Part shown: piece by piece, positions 8,795-17,219 of the stretch
Position numbering within the stretch: position 1 is the first letter of the stretch
Layout: every line of letters starts with the position of its first letter
From: an uncultured Gammaproteobacteria bacterium
GTDB lineage: Bacteria > Patescibacteriota > Microgenomatia > UBA8517 > UBA10165
Length of the DNA stretch: 64,000 nucleotides
Assembly: GCA_964366515.1 (NCBI GenBank)
Contig: CAYIUF010000001.1
Coordinates: 51,388-115,387, forward strand
Direction: 5' to 3'
Program-made: the position numbers and the translations under genes
The notes under the pieces: generated by a model
What the model saw: only the letters and a program-made list of their open reading frames with translations
Databases searched by the model: none
What the model was told of the DNA's origin: nothing

Positions 8795-8820
8795 GTTACT
8801 ATGTTCTAGAACGTGGAAAC

Positions 8821-8851
8821 AAAAAAATTCTTCACCACAGTGCGTGGAGAA
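8821..8851 (-). terminator. Intrinsic terminator of the LPxTG protein gene
   Basis: AATTCTTCAC...GTGGAGAATT stem with a T-tract on the minus strand. Confidence 0.5.
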
Positions 8852-8885
8852 TTACAAACAATAACAAACGTACTAGGGGGAGTCC

Positions 8886-9338
8886 TTACTTTTTTGCTTT
8901 GGAGAGTTTATAGCCGCCGAATGCTAGAGCTGAGAAAGCTGGAATAGCAAATACTATTGGAAATCCTGTCTCGGGAAGCTTTCCGCCTTTAGTCATCGCA
9001 GACGAAGTCGCACTTGACGTCGCAGATGGTGAGCCTGTCGAACCCATTGCACCCTTCGTATCGCTTGCCACTCCTCCAACTGGAGTTTGAGCAGGTGTAA
9101 CTCCCGCAGGAAGTGTAACCTCAGCCGGTGGCTGGCTCTCGCCTGGCGTAGGCTCGATATTCAAAGAAAGGTTATTATCTTGTACCTGAGGAGTTGAAGC
9201 CTTCTCGTCACGATTTGAGAGGATTCTGTAGCCCACAAAAAGAGCCAAAAGAACCAAAAGTGCGCCTAAAACTGGGGGACCATATGTTGGCCAGTAGTAA
9301 GCAAGGCGCTCGCGGGTTTGATTATATCGATTTTCCAT
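8886..9338 (-). CDS. Surface protein with LPxTG-type sorting signal
   Basis: N-terminal TM, P/S/T-rich linker, LPETG followed by a hydrophobic stretch and a KLSKAKK tail. Confidence 0.7.
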   Translation of the reverse strand: MENRYNQTRERLAYYWPTYGPPVLGALLVLLALFVGYRILSNRDEKASTPQVQDNNLSLNIEPTPGESQPPAEVTLPAGVTPAQTPVGGVASDTKGAMGSTGSPSATSSATSSAMTKGGKLPETGFPIVFAIPAFSALAFGGYKLSKAKK

Positions 9339-9421
9339 CTAGGTGTTGAGGCAGAGAATGAGGCAGATTGATATGTTGGTAACATTTTACTACGGGTTCA
9401 AGGGTGTGTCAAGTGCGGCAA

Positions 9422-9449
9422 CCCCACTACGCTAAGGCTCCGCGGGGCA
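9422..9449. repeat. REP-like element
   Basis: CCCCACTACGCTAAGGCTCCGCGGGGCA imperfect palindrome. Confidence 0.45.
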
Positions 9450-9453
9450 AAGG

Positions 9454-9490
9454 AAAAAGCACCGCAAAGAGGGATATTTGCGGTGCAAAA
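9454..9490 (-). terminator. Intrinsic terminator of orphan gene 9494-9865
   Basis: GCACCGCAAA...TTTGCGGTGC 10-bp stem with a T-tract on the minus strand. Confidence 0.65.
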
Positions 9491-9493
9491 GGG

Positions 9494-9865
9494 CTAATCT
9501 TTGAACTCAACGATGAGCTTGTGCCTTCCAGCCGACAGATGCGCAAAACTCTGAGCAAACACACACCCCCCTGGAGTCAAGCGAGCGGAAACAACCGGAT
9601 GCCAAACATGCCCACCAACCCAACGATAGAGCTTAAGAATACACGCCTCGCAAGGCCCGGGCGCCGTCATGCGAAAATACAGTGTTCCTGAAACGCTTGT
9701 GCTTACGCTGACTCCCCAGAGATCCAACTTGCCAGACGTGTAGAGGAATTCACTTTGTTCCTCCGGATCGTAGCTAAGATCGATTAACAATCGACCTACA
9801 AACGCGATAACAGCTTCCTTCCAATCTGGTCGCGTGTGCGTGTCCACCAGCGCGGTTGCTATCAT
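9494..9865 (-). CDS. GC-rich orphan hypothetical protein
   Basis: ATG with SD AAAGGAG, promoter TTGACT-17-TATTAT and its own terminator. Confidence 0.6.
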   Translation of the reverse strand: MIATALVDTHTRPDWKEAVIAFVGRLLIDLSYDPEEQSEFLYTSGKLDLWGVSVSTSVSGTLYFRMTAPGPCEACILKLYRWVGGHVWHPVVSARLTPGGCVFAQSFAHLSAGRHKLIVEFKD

Positions 9866-9947
9866 GTACTCTCCTTTGTATATGTGCTTGTCCGAATAAT
9901 AGAAGCCTCATCTTGCAAAGTCAAACCGAAATCTAATATAGTGGATT

Positions 9948-10030
9948 ATGAACCTGTTTCAAAACAGGTTCTCACGACTCACATTAAACAAGTTAGCGAA
10001 GCTAACGCGTGAGTTTTTGAAACGAGTTAT
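9948..10030. mobile_element. Possible MITE or composite palindrome
   Basis: Imperfect terminal inverted repeats AACCTGTTTCAAAA / TTTTGAAACGAGTT with internal hairpins. Confidence 0.35.
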
Positions 10031-10036
10031 ATCCCT

Positions 10037-10723
10037 GTGGCCAAAGTACATATTCAATTTACAAGATACCCGCTTCTTCTAGTTCCTGTCCTGCTCATCG
10101 TCGCCCTCGGAGTACTATTCTTTACTACCTCCAAAAAAACCACAAAAGCCGCCTCAAGCTGTGGGGCAACTTCAGTCTCAGGTCTGTTCGATCCCGAAGA
10201 ATTTGCCTATTTTGGCGGTGAGAAGTTTAAAGTCCCCCTAGAGGATCAGACCTCCCTAGCCCAAGTTCTCGGCGCAGAAGCAGAAGATGGCGAGCGCTGG
10301 ATTGAAGTTGACCTATCAGACCAAAAACTAACAGCAAGAGAAGGCGACGCAGTTTTCTTGGAAACCTCAATTGCAACAGGCCTTCCCTGGACCCCAACCC
10401 CAACTGGGGAATTTAGAGTCTGGGGCAAATTTAGATATACAAAAATGGAAGGCGGCCGGGGCAAGTACTATTATTACCTGCCCAACGTCCCATACGTTAT
10501 GTTTTTTGAAAACTCCGACATCCCGGGATTCCGCGGCTACGGCCTTCACGGCACCTATTGGCACAACAGCTTTGGGACTCCAAGAAGCCATGGATGTGTC
10601 AATCTCCCAACCCCAGTTGCAAAGGAACTATTTTATTGGACAGGCCCGGCCTTGCCGGAAGGCAAAGGTACAGCCCGCGCCTCAAGCGAAAATCCCGGGA
10701 CAAGGATTGTGATCCACGAATAA
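10037..10723 (+). CDS. L,D-transpeptidase (YkuD family)
   Basis: IEVDLSDQ, TPTGEF, HGTYWH...SHGCVNL catalytic motif. Confidence 0.92.
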   Translation: MAKVHIQFTRYPLLLVPVLLIVALGVLFFTTSKKTTKAASSCGATSVSGLFDPEEFAYFGGEKFKVPLEDQTSLAQVLGAEAEDGERWIEVDLSDQKLTAREGDAVFLETSIATGLPWTPTPTGEFRVWGKFRYTKMEGGRGKYYYYLPNVPYVMFFENSDIPGFRGYGLHGTYWHNSFGTPRSHGCVNLPTPVAKELFYWTGPALPEGKGTARASSENPGTRIVIHE

Positions 10724-10751
10724 CACCCTCGTGGTATACTACCAAACACAC

Positions 10752-10785
10752 TTGACGACTATCACTCGGTGTGTTAGACTGCTAA
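10752..10785 (+). promoter_or_regulatory. lon promoter overlapped by a CIRCE-like (HrcA) operator
   Basis: TTGACG-17-TAGACT; CTATCACTC-N9-GACTGCTAA versus consensus TTAGCACTC-N9-GAGTGCTAA. Confidence 0.65.
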
Positions 10786-10800
10786 ATACAGTAAATCTGC

Positions 10801-13281
10801 ATGGCTGATATCTCATCCCTAACAAACCTAACTCTACCGGTAGTTGCATTACGCGGGTCGGTAGTCTTTCCCCGAACTGAAAGCATCCTAACTTTCGGTC
10901 GTCCAAAAACAAAAGCAGCAGTCAACGCCGCTTATCAAAACGACAAGCTTTTGGCAATCTTTACCCAAAAAGATGCAAGAATCTCAGACCCAGTCCCCGA
11001 AGACCTCTTCCCAATAGGAACCCTTGTTGAAATCCAGCAAATAATGCCGGCAGATGAAGAAATCCATGTCTTAGTCTCAGGCCGCGCAAGAATAAAAATA
11101 AACGAAGTTGTAGCCCAAAATCCCTTCCCGGTATACAAAATTGAACAAGTAGAGGAGGAAATTATGAACTCAGGAGACGAAGAGGCAAGAGCAAAACATT
11201 TAGTCTCGCTTTTTGAAAAAGCAATTCGCCTTGGAAAACCAGCAGATGTCCAAACAGTAATGCGTCTTCTTTCTGCAAAAATAGAGCCAGCAGAATTGGT
11301 TGACCAAATTGCATATTTATTGGACGTTAAGACTCCGGTAAAACAAGAACTTTTAGAAACCTTAAATCTTGAAGAACGGGCAAAAAAGGTTGAAGACCTC
11401 CTGGGGCGTGAAGTTGGGATTCTAGAACTTGAAAAATCAATCTCTTCAAAAACCCAAAAGAGATTTGAGGAACAAATGAAGAGAGCAATGCTTAAAGAAC
11501 ATCAAAAAACAATTCAACAGGAATTAAAAAGCCTGGATGGGGAAGAAACCGGAGATGACGAAGTAGACGATCTTAGAAAAAGAATTAAAGAAGCAGGAAT
11601 GCCCGAAGATGTCAGAAAAAAGGCAGAAAAGGAACTAAAGCGCTTGGTTCAAATGTCCCCAAACCATCCGGAATCTGGATATGTCAGAAATTATCTTGAG
11701 TGGTTATGCGAAATGCCCTGGAGTACAAAGTCCCCGGACAATGTCTCAATAAAAAATGCAGGGATAATATTAGACAAGGACCATTACGCGCTAAAAAAAA
11801 CAAAAGAGAGAATTTTGGAATTTTTGGCCGTCATGCAACTTAAAAATGAGGCAAAGAAAAAAGAAATAGAGTCTCAAGTTGGGCAAGAGGGTAGTGCCAA
11901 TGGTGAAATTGTAGAAACCATGGAAGGCTCGCCAACAATTCTTTGCTTTATCGGCCCTCCGGGAGTTGGTAAAACATCAATTGGGCGATCAATTGCAAGG
12001 GCTTTGGGGAGAAAATTTGTCAGAATTTCTTTAGGTGGAGTTCGGGATGAAGCAGAGATTCGTGGCCACAGAAGAACATATGTTGGAGCGCTTCCCGGAA
12101 GAATTATCCAGGGAATGAAAAATGCGGCAACCAAAAACCCAGTATTTATGCTTGACGAGATAGACAAGCTGGGGATGGACTTTAGGGGCGATCCCTCAAG
12201 TGCGCTTTTGGAAGTCTTAGACCCGGAACAAAATAAAGAGTTCTCAGACCACTACCTGGAAGTCCCCTTCGATTTATCGGAAGTTATGTTTATCTGTACG
12301 GGAAACATCTTGGAAACAATCCCTCCGGCTCTGAAAGACAGAATGGAAATCATCCGCTTTGCGGGCTATACAGAGGATGAAAAATTCAACATAGCAAAAG
12401 ATTATCTTTGGCCAAAACAGCTAAAAAACCACGGTCTGTCTGCCCAAATCCTGCTAAACTCCAAGGCTCTGCGGGAAATTATCAGCAAATACACAAGAGA
12501 AGCAGGAGTAAGAAACCTTGAAAGAAATCTTGCAACAATCTCAAGAAAAATCGCAAGAGATCTGGCAGAAGGGAAAAAAGAGACAGCAAACATACAAAAA
12601 GAAGACTTAAGAAAACTCCTGGGCCCTGCGCAATATTCTTCGCTTATTGCTGAGAAAAAAGATGAAATCGGAATTTCAACCGGGCTTGCAGTTACCGCCT
12701 CAGGCGGCGAAATAATCTTTGTTGAAACGGCGCTCATGCCAGGAAAAGGAAAACTAACCCTAACAGGCCAGCTTGGAGAGGTAATGCGCGAATCGGCTTT
12801 GGCGGCATTCTCCTATGCCCGTTCCCATTCTGAGGAACTTGGGATAAGAGACGAAGTTGCAAGAAAAATTGATGTTCACATCCATGTACCAGAAGGCGCA
12901 GTTCCCAAAGACGGACCCTCAGCAGGAGTTGCTATGGCAACCTCTCTAATTTCAGCATTAACTGGAGTTAAAACTAAAAAAGATGTTGCAATGACTGGCG
13001 AGATAACATTGCGCGGAAGAGTTATGGAAATAGGCGGAGTTAAAGAAAAAGTAATTGCAGCCCACAGGGCAGGAATAAAAACCGTAATCCTTCCCAAAGA
13101 CAACGAAAAAGATATGGATGATGTTCCAGACAAGGTCAAAAAAGACATCAAGTTTGTCTTTGCAGACCATCTAGACCAAGTTTTGGAAACTGCAGTTGAT
13201 GGCTTCAAGAAAACCAACGGCCATCCCAAAGCTCCAGAAGCTCTCCCAGCCCCAATAGTCCCCGCCTTCCTGGCTGGATAA
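10801..13281 (+). CDS. lon: ATP-dependent Lon protease
   Basis: GPPGVGKTS, RGHRRTYVGA, PKDGPSAG catalytic Ser motif. Confidence 0.97.
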   Translation: MADISSLTNLTLPVVALRGSVVFPRTESILTFGRPKTKAAVNAAYQNDKLLAIFTQKDARISDPVPEDLFPIGTLVEIQQIMPADEEIHVLVSGRARIKINEVVAQNPFPVYKIEQVEEEIMNSGDEEARAKHLVSLFEKAIRLGKPADVQTVMRLLSAKIEPAELVDQIAYLLDVKTPVKQELLETLNLEERAKKVEDLLGREVGILELEKSISSKTQKRFEEQMKRAMLKEHQKTIQQELKSLDGEETGDDEVDDLRKRIKEAGMPEDVRKKAEKELKRLVQMSPNHPESGYVRNYLEWLCEMPWSTKSPDNVSIKNAGIILDKDHYALKKTKERILEFLAVMQLKNEAKKKEIESQVGQEGSANGEIVETMEGSPTILCFIGPPGVGKTSIGRSIARALGRKFVRISLGGVRDEAEIRGHRRTYVGALPGRIIQGMKNAATKNPVFMLDEIDKLGMDFRGDPSSALLEVLDPEQNKEFSDHYLEVPFDLSEVMFICTGNILETIPPALKDRMEIIRFAGYTEDEKFNIAKDYLWPKQLKNHGLSAQILLNSKALREIISKYTREAGVRNLERNLATISRKIARDLAEGKKETANIQKEDLRKLLGPAQYSSLIAEKKDEIGISTGLAVTASGGEIIFVETALMPGKGKLTLTGQLGEVMRESALAAFSYARSHSEELGIRDEVARKIDVHIHVPEGAVPKDGPSAGVAMATSLISALTGVKTKKDVAMTGEITLRGRVMEIGGVKEKVIAAHRAGIKTVILPKDNEKDMDDVPDKVKKDIKFVFADHLDQVLETAVDGFKKTNGHPKAPEALPAPIVPAFLAG

Positions 13282-13300
13282 AACTGTGGTAAAGTAAACC

Positions 13301-13777
13301 ATGGACAAGAAAGCGCTTCTGATAGGTGGGACCATCATCTTTGCATCAGTAGGTGCGTTTTATGTTGCAACACAGAGAGAAAAATCAACAACCACCTCTA
13401 CAGAAACTCAACAAGCGCCAGAAGCTCAAAAATCTCAAGACGAGCTTTCGAGCAATGGCAGATATGTGGAATATACAAAAGCCGTACTTGAGCAAAATGC
13501 AGACAAGCGTAGAGTTTTGTACTTCTATGCCTCTTGGTGTCCAACCTGCCAGCCGGCAGACGATAAATTCAAAGAAAACTCAGACAAAATTCCAGAGGAC
13601 ACAAGAGTGATAAGAGTCAACTACAATGACCCCAATACAGACCAGGAAGAAAAAGACTTAGCAAAAAAATACAACGTTACATACCAACACACATTTGTCC
13701 AAATAGACAAAGAGGCAAATGTGGTAGCAAAATGGAATGGTGGGGGAATTGAGGAACTTCTGAAAAACATTAAATGA
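13301..13777 (+). CDS. Membrane-anchored thioredoxin-family protein
   Basis: FYASWCPTC (CxxC). Confidence 0.88.
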   Translation: MDKKALLIGGTIIFASVGAFYVATQREKSTTTSTETQQAPEAQKSQDELSSNGRYVEYTKAVLEQNADKRRVLYFYASWCPTCQPADDKFKENSDKIPEDTRVIRVNYNDPNTDQEEKDLAKKYNVTYQHTFVQIDKEANVVAKWNGGGIEELLKNIK

Positions 13778-14517
13778 TTCTTCTTGTCCTTTTTGCTTTT
13801 TTGGGCGGAATTGTAACAATTCTCTCTCCCTGCATCTTGCCAATCTTGCCAATTGTTTTATCTGGCGGTGTAACTTCCGGAAAAAGAAAACCCCTTGGAA
13901 TAGTTTTAGGTTTTGTTTTAAGCTTTACTTTCTTTACACTGTTTCTTTCGGCCATTGTTAAAGCCTTTGGAATTTCTGCTGACAACCTAAGATCTGCTTC
14001 TGTGGTTATTATTTTATTCTTTGGCATTAGCCTACTTATTCCTCAAGTACAACAATTTTTAGAAAAGTTGTTTTCTGGGCTAACCGGGAACCTTAGGATT
14101 AGCACTAAGGATGGCTTCTGGGGAGGAATTTTGATTGGCCTATCTTTAGGTCTTCTTTGGACCCCTTGCGTCGGGCCAATTATTGCCTCGGTTATAACTT
14201 TAGCAGCAACAAGTACTATTAACTTATCTGCATTTTTTATAACACTTGCTTACTCGTTGGGAACTGCTTTGCCCATGCTTGCTGTTATGTATGGCGGGAG
14301 GAGTCTTTTAGAAAAAACGGGACTAGCAAAAAACGCAGGATATATCCAAAAATGGTTCGGACTATTAATGATTTTAACAGCAATTGGAATATTCTTCCAA
14401 GTAGACAGAAGATTCCAAACGTATATTCTTAATACTTTCCCAAATTACAGTGAGAACCTAACAAAGCTTGAAGACAACAAAATGATTGAAGAAGGGCTTG
14501 AGAGAATAAATAAGTGA
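13774..14517 (+). CDS. ccdA: CcdA/DsbD transmembrane electron-transfer protein
   Basis: LSPCILPILP and WTPCVGP cysteine motifs; multiple TM helices. Confidence 0.88.
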   Translation: MILLVLFAFLGGIVTILSPCILPILPIVLSGGVTSGKRKPLGIVLGFVLSFTFFTLFLSAIVKAFGISADNLRSASVVIILFFGISLLIPQVQQFLEKLFSGLTGNLRISTKDGFWGGILIGLSLGLLWTPCVGPIIASVITLAATSTINLSAFFITLAYSLGTALPMLAVMYGGRSLLEKTGLAKNAGYIQKWFGLLMILTAIGIFFQVDRRFQTYILNTFPNYSENLTKLEDNKMIEEGLERINK

Positions 14518-14587
14518 CCCCACCGGGAGTCGAACCCGGGTTCCCAGAATGAGAATCTGGTGTCCTTGGCCTCTAGACGATGGGGCC
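14515..14587 (-). tRNA. tRNA-Glu (anticodon CUC)
   Basis: GGCCCCA/TGGGGTC acceptor stem, CCAGA-TTCTCAT-TCTGG anticodon arm, GGTTCGACTCC T-arm. Confidence 0.95.
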
Positions 14588-14677
14588 GCCTGAGACACTG
14601 ATTATACCTCATTCCAGGCTCCACAAAAAGCCCGGGCGCAAGAACCCAGGCTTCTCTCAAACCACACTCATAACAAA

Positions 14678-14778
14678 TTCAAGGAAACCGCGAATTCTTA
14701 ATTCGCGGAGGAATTGAACTTGATATGTCGTTCTCTCTCAGGAGTGAAACCGCGGACTAAAGTCCGCGGAGAACGTCA
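14678..14778 (+). mobile_element. IS200/IS605-like ends-only element (no tnpA/tnpB)
   Basis: Two sub-terminal hairpins: GAAACCGCGAATT-CTT-AATTCGCGGAGGAATTG and GAAACCGCGGACT-AA-AGTCCGCGGAGAACGTCA. Confidence 0.6.
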
Positions 14779-14946
14779 TCAGTACGTATCGTCCATATCC
14801 CTTTCTAGAATAAATCCATCCCCGAATTCCTCTTCCTTTTCTCTGGCTCTGCTCCTTGCACGAGCTTCCCCGCCAAGCCTTGCAATCTCAGTCCTTTCTC
14901 GTTTTGATAAAGCCGCAAACCCTTGTTTTTTCTTTTTCCTAGCCAT
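14779..14946 (-). CDS. KGG-repeat-like general stress protein (55 aa)
   Basis: GFAALSKRERTEIARLGG matches the GFAxM...EIAxKGG pattern; SD GGGGGTGA upstream. Confidence 0.7.
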   Translation of the reverse strand: MARKKKKQGFAALSKRERTEIARLGGEARARSRAREKEEEFGDGFILERDMDDTY

Positions 14947-15066
14947 GTACTTTCTCACCCCCTTTTCTTGTGTGTGCACTTTACCAATAGCAGACCAGAA
15001 ACTAATTTCATGAGGGCAAGAAACAGAAAAGAGCGTCACTACGGGACTGCGGCCTGAAGACAGGCC

Positions 15067-15096
15067 TTGACTTCGGCTATTCTTCGGGTGTTTAAT
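15067..15096 (+). promoter_or_regulatory. Promoter with TTCGG-N6-TTCGG direct repeat (putative LexA box)
   Basis: TTGACT...TTTAAT with TTCGGctattcTTCGG at 15072-15087 in the spacer. Confidence 0.65.
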
Positions 15097-15101
15097 GAGG
15101 T

Positions 15102-15362
15102 GTGACTCAAAAAATAAACTCAAAAGTAACAGTCTACGCAGTGTTTGACCACATAACTTTAAGTGTTAGGCCAAAGGTTATTTTGTGGAACGGCAGAATC
15201 CACAATATCGTTAAAGTCGGCCTCCATCACGTTTACAGGCGCGGCAGGACTGCTTTCCATGTTTTCTCCGTTGCATCAGAAACTTTATTCTTTCGCCTGG
15301 TTCTTGATACCGACAAGCTTTATTGGACTCTAGAGGAAGTACAAGATGCAGAATCCAATTGA
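15102..15362 (+). CDS. Small protein co-transcribed with the Y-family polymerase
   Basis: PKVILWNGR...FFRLVLDT..LYWTLEEV; overlaps the polymerase start. Confidence 0.7.
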   Translation: MTQKINSKVTVYAVFDHITLSVRPKVILWNGRIHNIVKVGLHHVYRRGRTAFHVFSVASETLFFRLVLDTDKLYWTLEEVQDAESN

Positions 15363-16629
15363 AAACTCGAGGTTTAAAAACCTCGTGGATTTGGGATTCA
15401 ACCAGAAAAGTGCCACAGTAATGCACCTAGACCTCAATTCGTGTTTTGCAACCATTGAACAGCAAGCAAACCCGCACCTCCGTGGCCGGCCTATTGCAGT
15501 CGCAGCATACGCCTCAAACAATGGCTGTATTTTGGCCCCATCTGTGGAAGCAAAACGTTTCGGTGTAAAAACCGGAATGAGAGTCAAAGACGGAAAAGTT
15601 CTATGCCCCAATTTACTTGTACTTCCCCCAGACCCCGACAAATACAGAAATGTTCATGTTAAGTTCAGAAAATTATTAAGAAGGTATACAGACAACGTCT
15701 TGCCAAAATCCATAGACGAGTTTGTTTTGGATTTAGAGGGGTTTCCCTCGCTCAAAAGTGGAATCGAAAATATAGCCCAAGAAATAAAAGACAAAATCAA
15801 AAAAGAAATAGGTGATTGGCTAACAATCTCAGTTGGAATTGCCCCGAACAAGTATTTAGCAAAAATCGGAGCAGGTTTGCATAAACCAGACGGTCTGGAC
15901 GTTGTGGATTCGCAAACCTTCCGTGGTATTTACCAAAACCTAAAACTAACAGACCTCTGTGGAATCAAAAAGGCAAACAGCAAACGTCTTGAAAGTATGG
16001 ACATTTTTTCTGTCGAAGACTTTTACAATGCACCCGTTTGGAAATTAAAAGCGGCATTTCATAGCATAGCCGGCTACTACTGGTATCTTCGCCTCAGAGG
16101 TTTTGAAATAGACGACGTGGAATATGCAAGAAGAAGCTATGGAAACTCCTACGCATTGCCAAAGCCGTATACAAACCCCAAAGACCTTGCCCCAATTTTA
16201 CAGAAACTTTGTGAGAAGGCCGGATCCCGAATGAGAAGAGCTGGCTACATGGCCCGCGGAGTTCACCTATCTATAACATTTCGAGATTGGAACGGCTGGC
16301 ACCACGGCCAAACGCAAAACAGTTTAATTTTCGACTCCAGAGATATTTATAAAACCGCTTTTCAAATCCTTCTTTCTTGCCCCGATATAAAACCAGTCCG
16401 CAATTTAGCAGTATCTTGTTTCAATATTGAAAAACCAGAAAGCCACCAAACATCTTTTTGGGAGGAATACGACAAAAAGAGGAGACTTGTTCGCGCCGTG
16501 GACCAGGTAAACAATCGCTGGGGAGGTTTTGTAATTACCCCCGCGAGAATGGCAGGGACAGGAGGGGTTGTGCATGACCGAATTGCCTTCGGGGGAGTCA
16601 AGGAGCTTGAGGAAATCATCACATCCTAG
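15346..16629 (+). CDS. dinB: Y-family DNA polymerase (DinB/YqjW-like)
   Basis: HLDLNSCFA, EAKRFGV, SIDE, KPDG; clamp motif QTSFW. Confidence 0.9.
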   Translation: MQNPIENSRFKNLVDLGFNQKSATVMHLDLNSCFATIEQQANPHLRGRPIAVAAYASNNGCILAPSVEAKRFGVKTGMRVKDGKVLCPNLLVLPPDPDKYRNVHVKFRKLLRRYTDNVLPKSIDEFVLDLEGFPSLKSGIENIAQEIKDKIKKEIGDWLTISVGIAPNKYLAKIGAGLHKPDGLDVVDSQTFRGIYQNLKLTDLCGIKKANSKRLESMDIFSVEDFYNAPVWKLKAAFHSIAGYYWYLRLRGFEIDDVEYARRSYGNSYALPKPYTNPKDLAPILQKLCEKAGSRMRRAGYMARGVHLSITFRDWNGWHHGQTQNSLIFDSRDIYKTAFQILLSCPDIKPVRNLAVSCFNIEKPESHQTSFWEEYDKKRRLVRAVDQVNNRWGGFVITPARMAGTGGVVHDRIAFGGVKELEEIITS

Positions 16630-16635
16630 CAGGGT

Positions 16636-16664
16636 TTGACTTCCATCTTTGGGCATCCTACAAT
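16636..16664 (+). promoter_or_regulatory. sigma70 promoter of greA
   Basis: TTGACT-17-TACAAT. Confidence 0.6.
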
Positions 16665-16730
16665 ACACTGCGTAGAGATCACAGGACCCCAAGCGGCCGG
16701 AAGCCCAAGTCCCAAAAACCAAAATCTAAA

Positions 16731-17198
16731 ATGTCAAAAGGCAATGTAATCCAGCTCACAGAGGCTGGTTTTTCTAAATTAAAGAACGAGCTCGAGGATC
16801 TTGTTAAGAACAAGAGACCTCAGGCTGTGGATCGATTGTCCCAAGCTCGATCCATGGGCGACCTATCGGAAAACTCAGACTACCACCAAGCCAAAGAAGC
16901 CCTAGAGTTTATTGATGGTAGATTATCAGAGCTTGAGATGGTCATAAACCAAGCGAAGGTTGTGGGAAACCTTCATTCAACAAAAGAAGTAGGAGTCGGA
17001 GCAAAAGTTAAAGTCACAATTGGAAAATCAGAACAGGTCTTCAATATTGTCGGAGAATGGGAAGCAGATCCAAAAGAAAAGAAAATTTCCCATGAATCTC
17101 CTCTCGGAAAAGCCTTAATTGGAAGAAAAGTTGGAGAAACTGTTGAAGTCCAAGCCCCAGCTGGAAAAGTAGAATATACAATAGTCGGCATAGAGTAA
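16731..17198 (+). CDS. greA: Transcription elongation factor GreA
   Basis: GDLSENSDY, ISHESPLGKAL. Confidence 0.96.
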   Translation: MSKGNVIQLTEAGFSKLKNELEDLVKNKRPQAVDRLSQARSMGDLSENSDYHQAKEALEFIDGRLSELEMVINQAKVVGNLHSTKEVGVGAKVKVTIGKSEQVFNIVGEWEADPKEKKISHESPLGKALIGRKVGETVEVQAPAGKVEYTIVGIE

Positions 17199-17219
17199 GA
17201 ATCCTGCTACAATAGCTTC

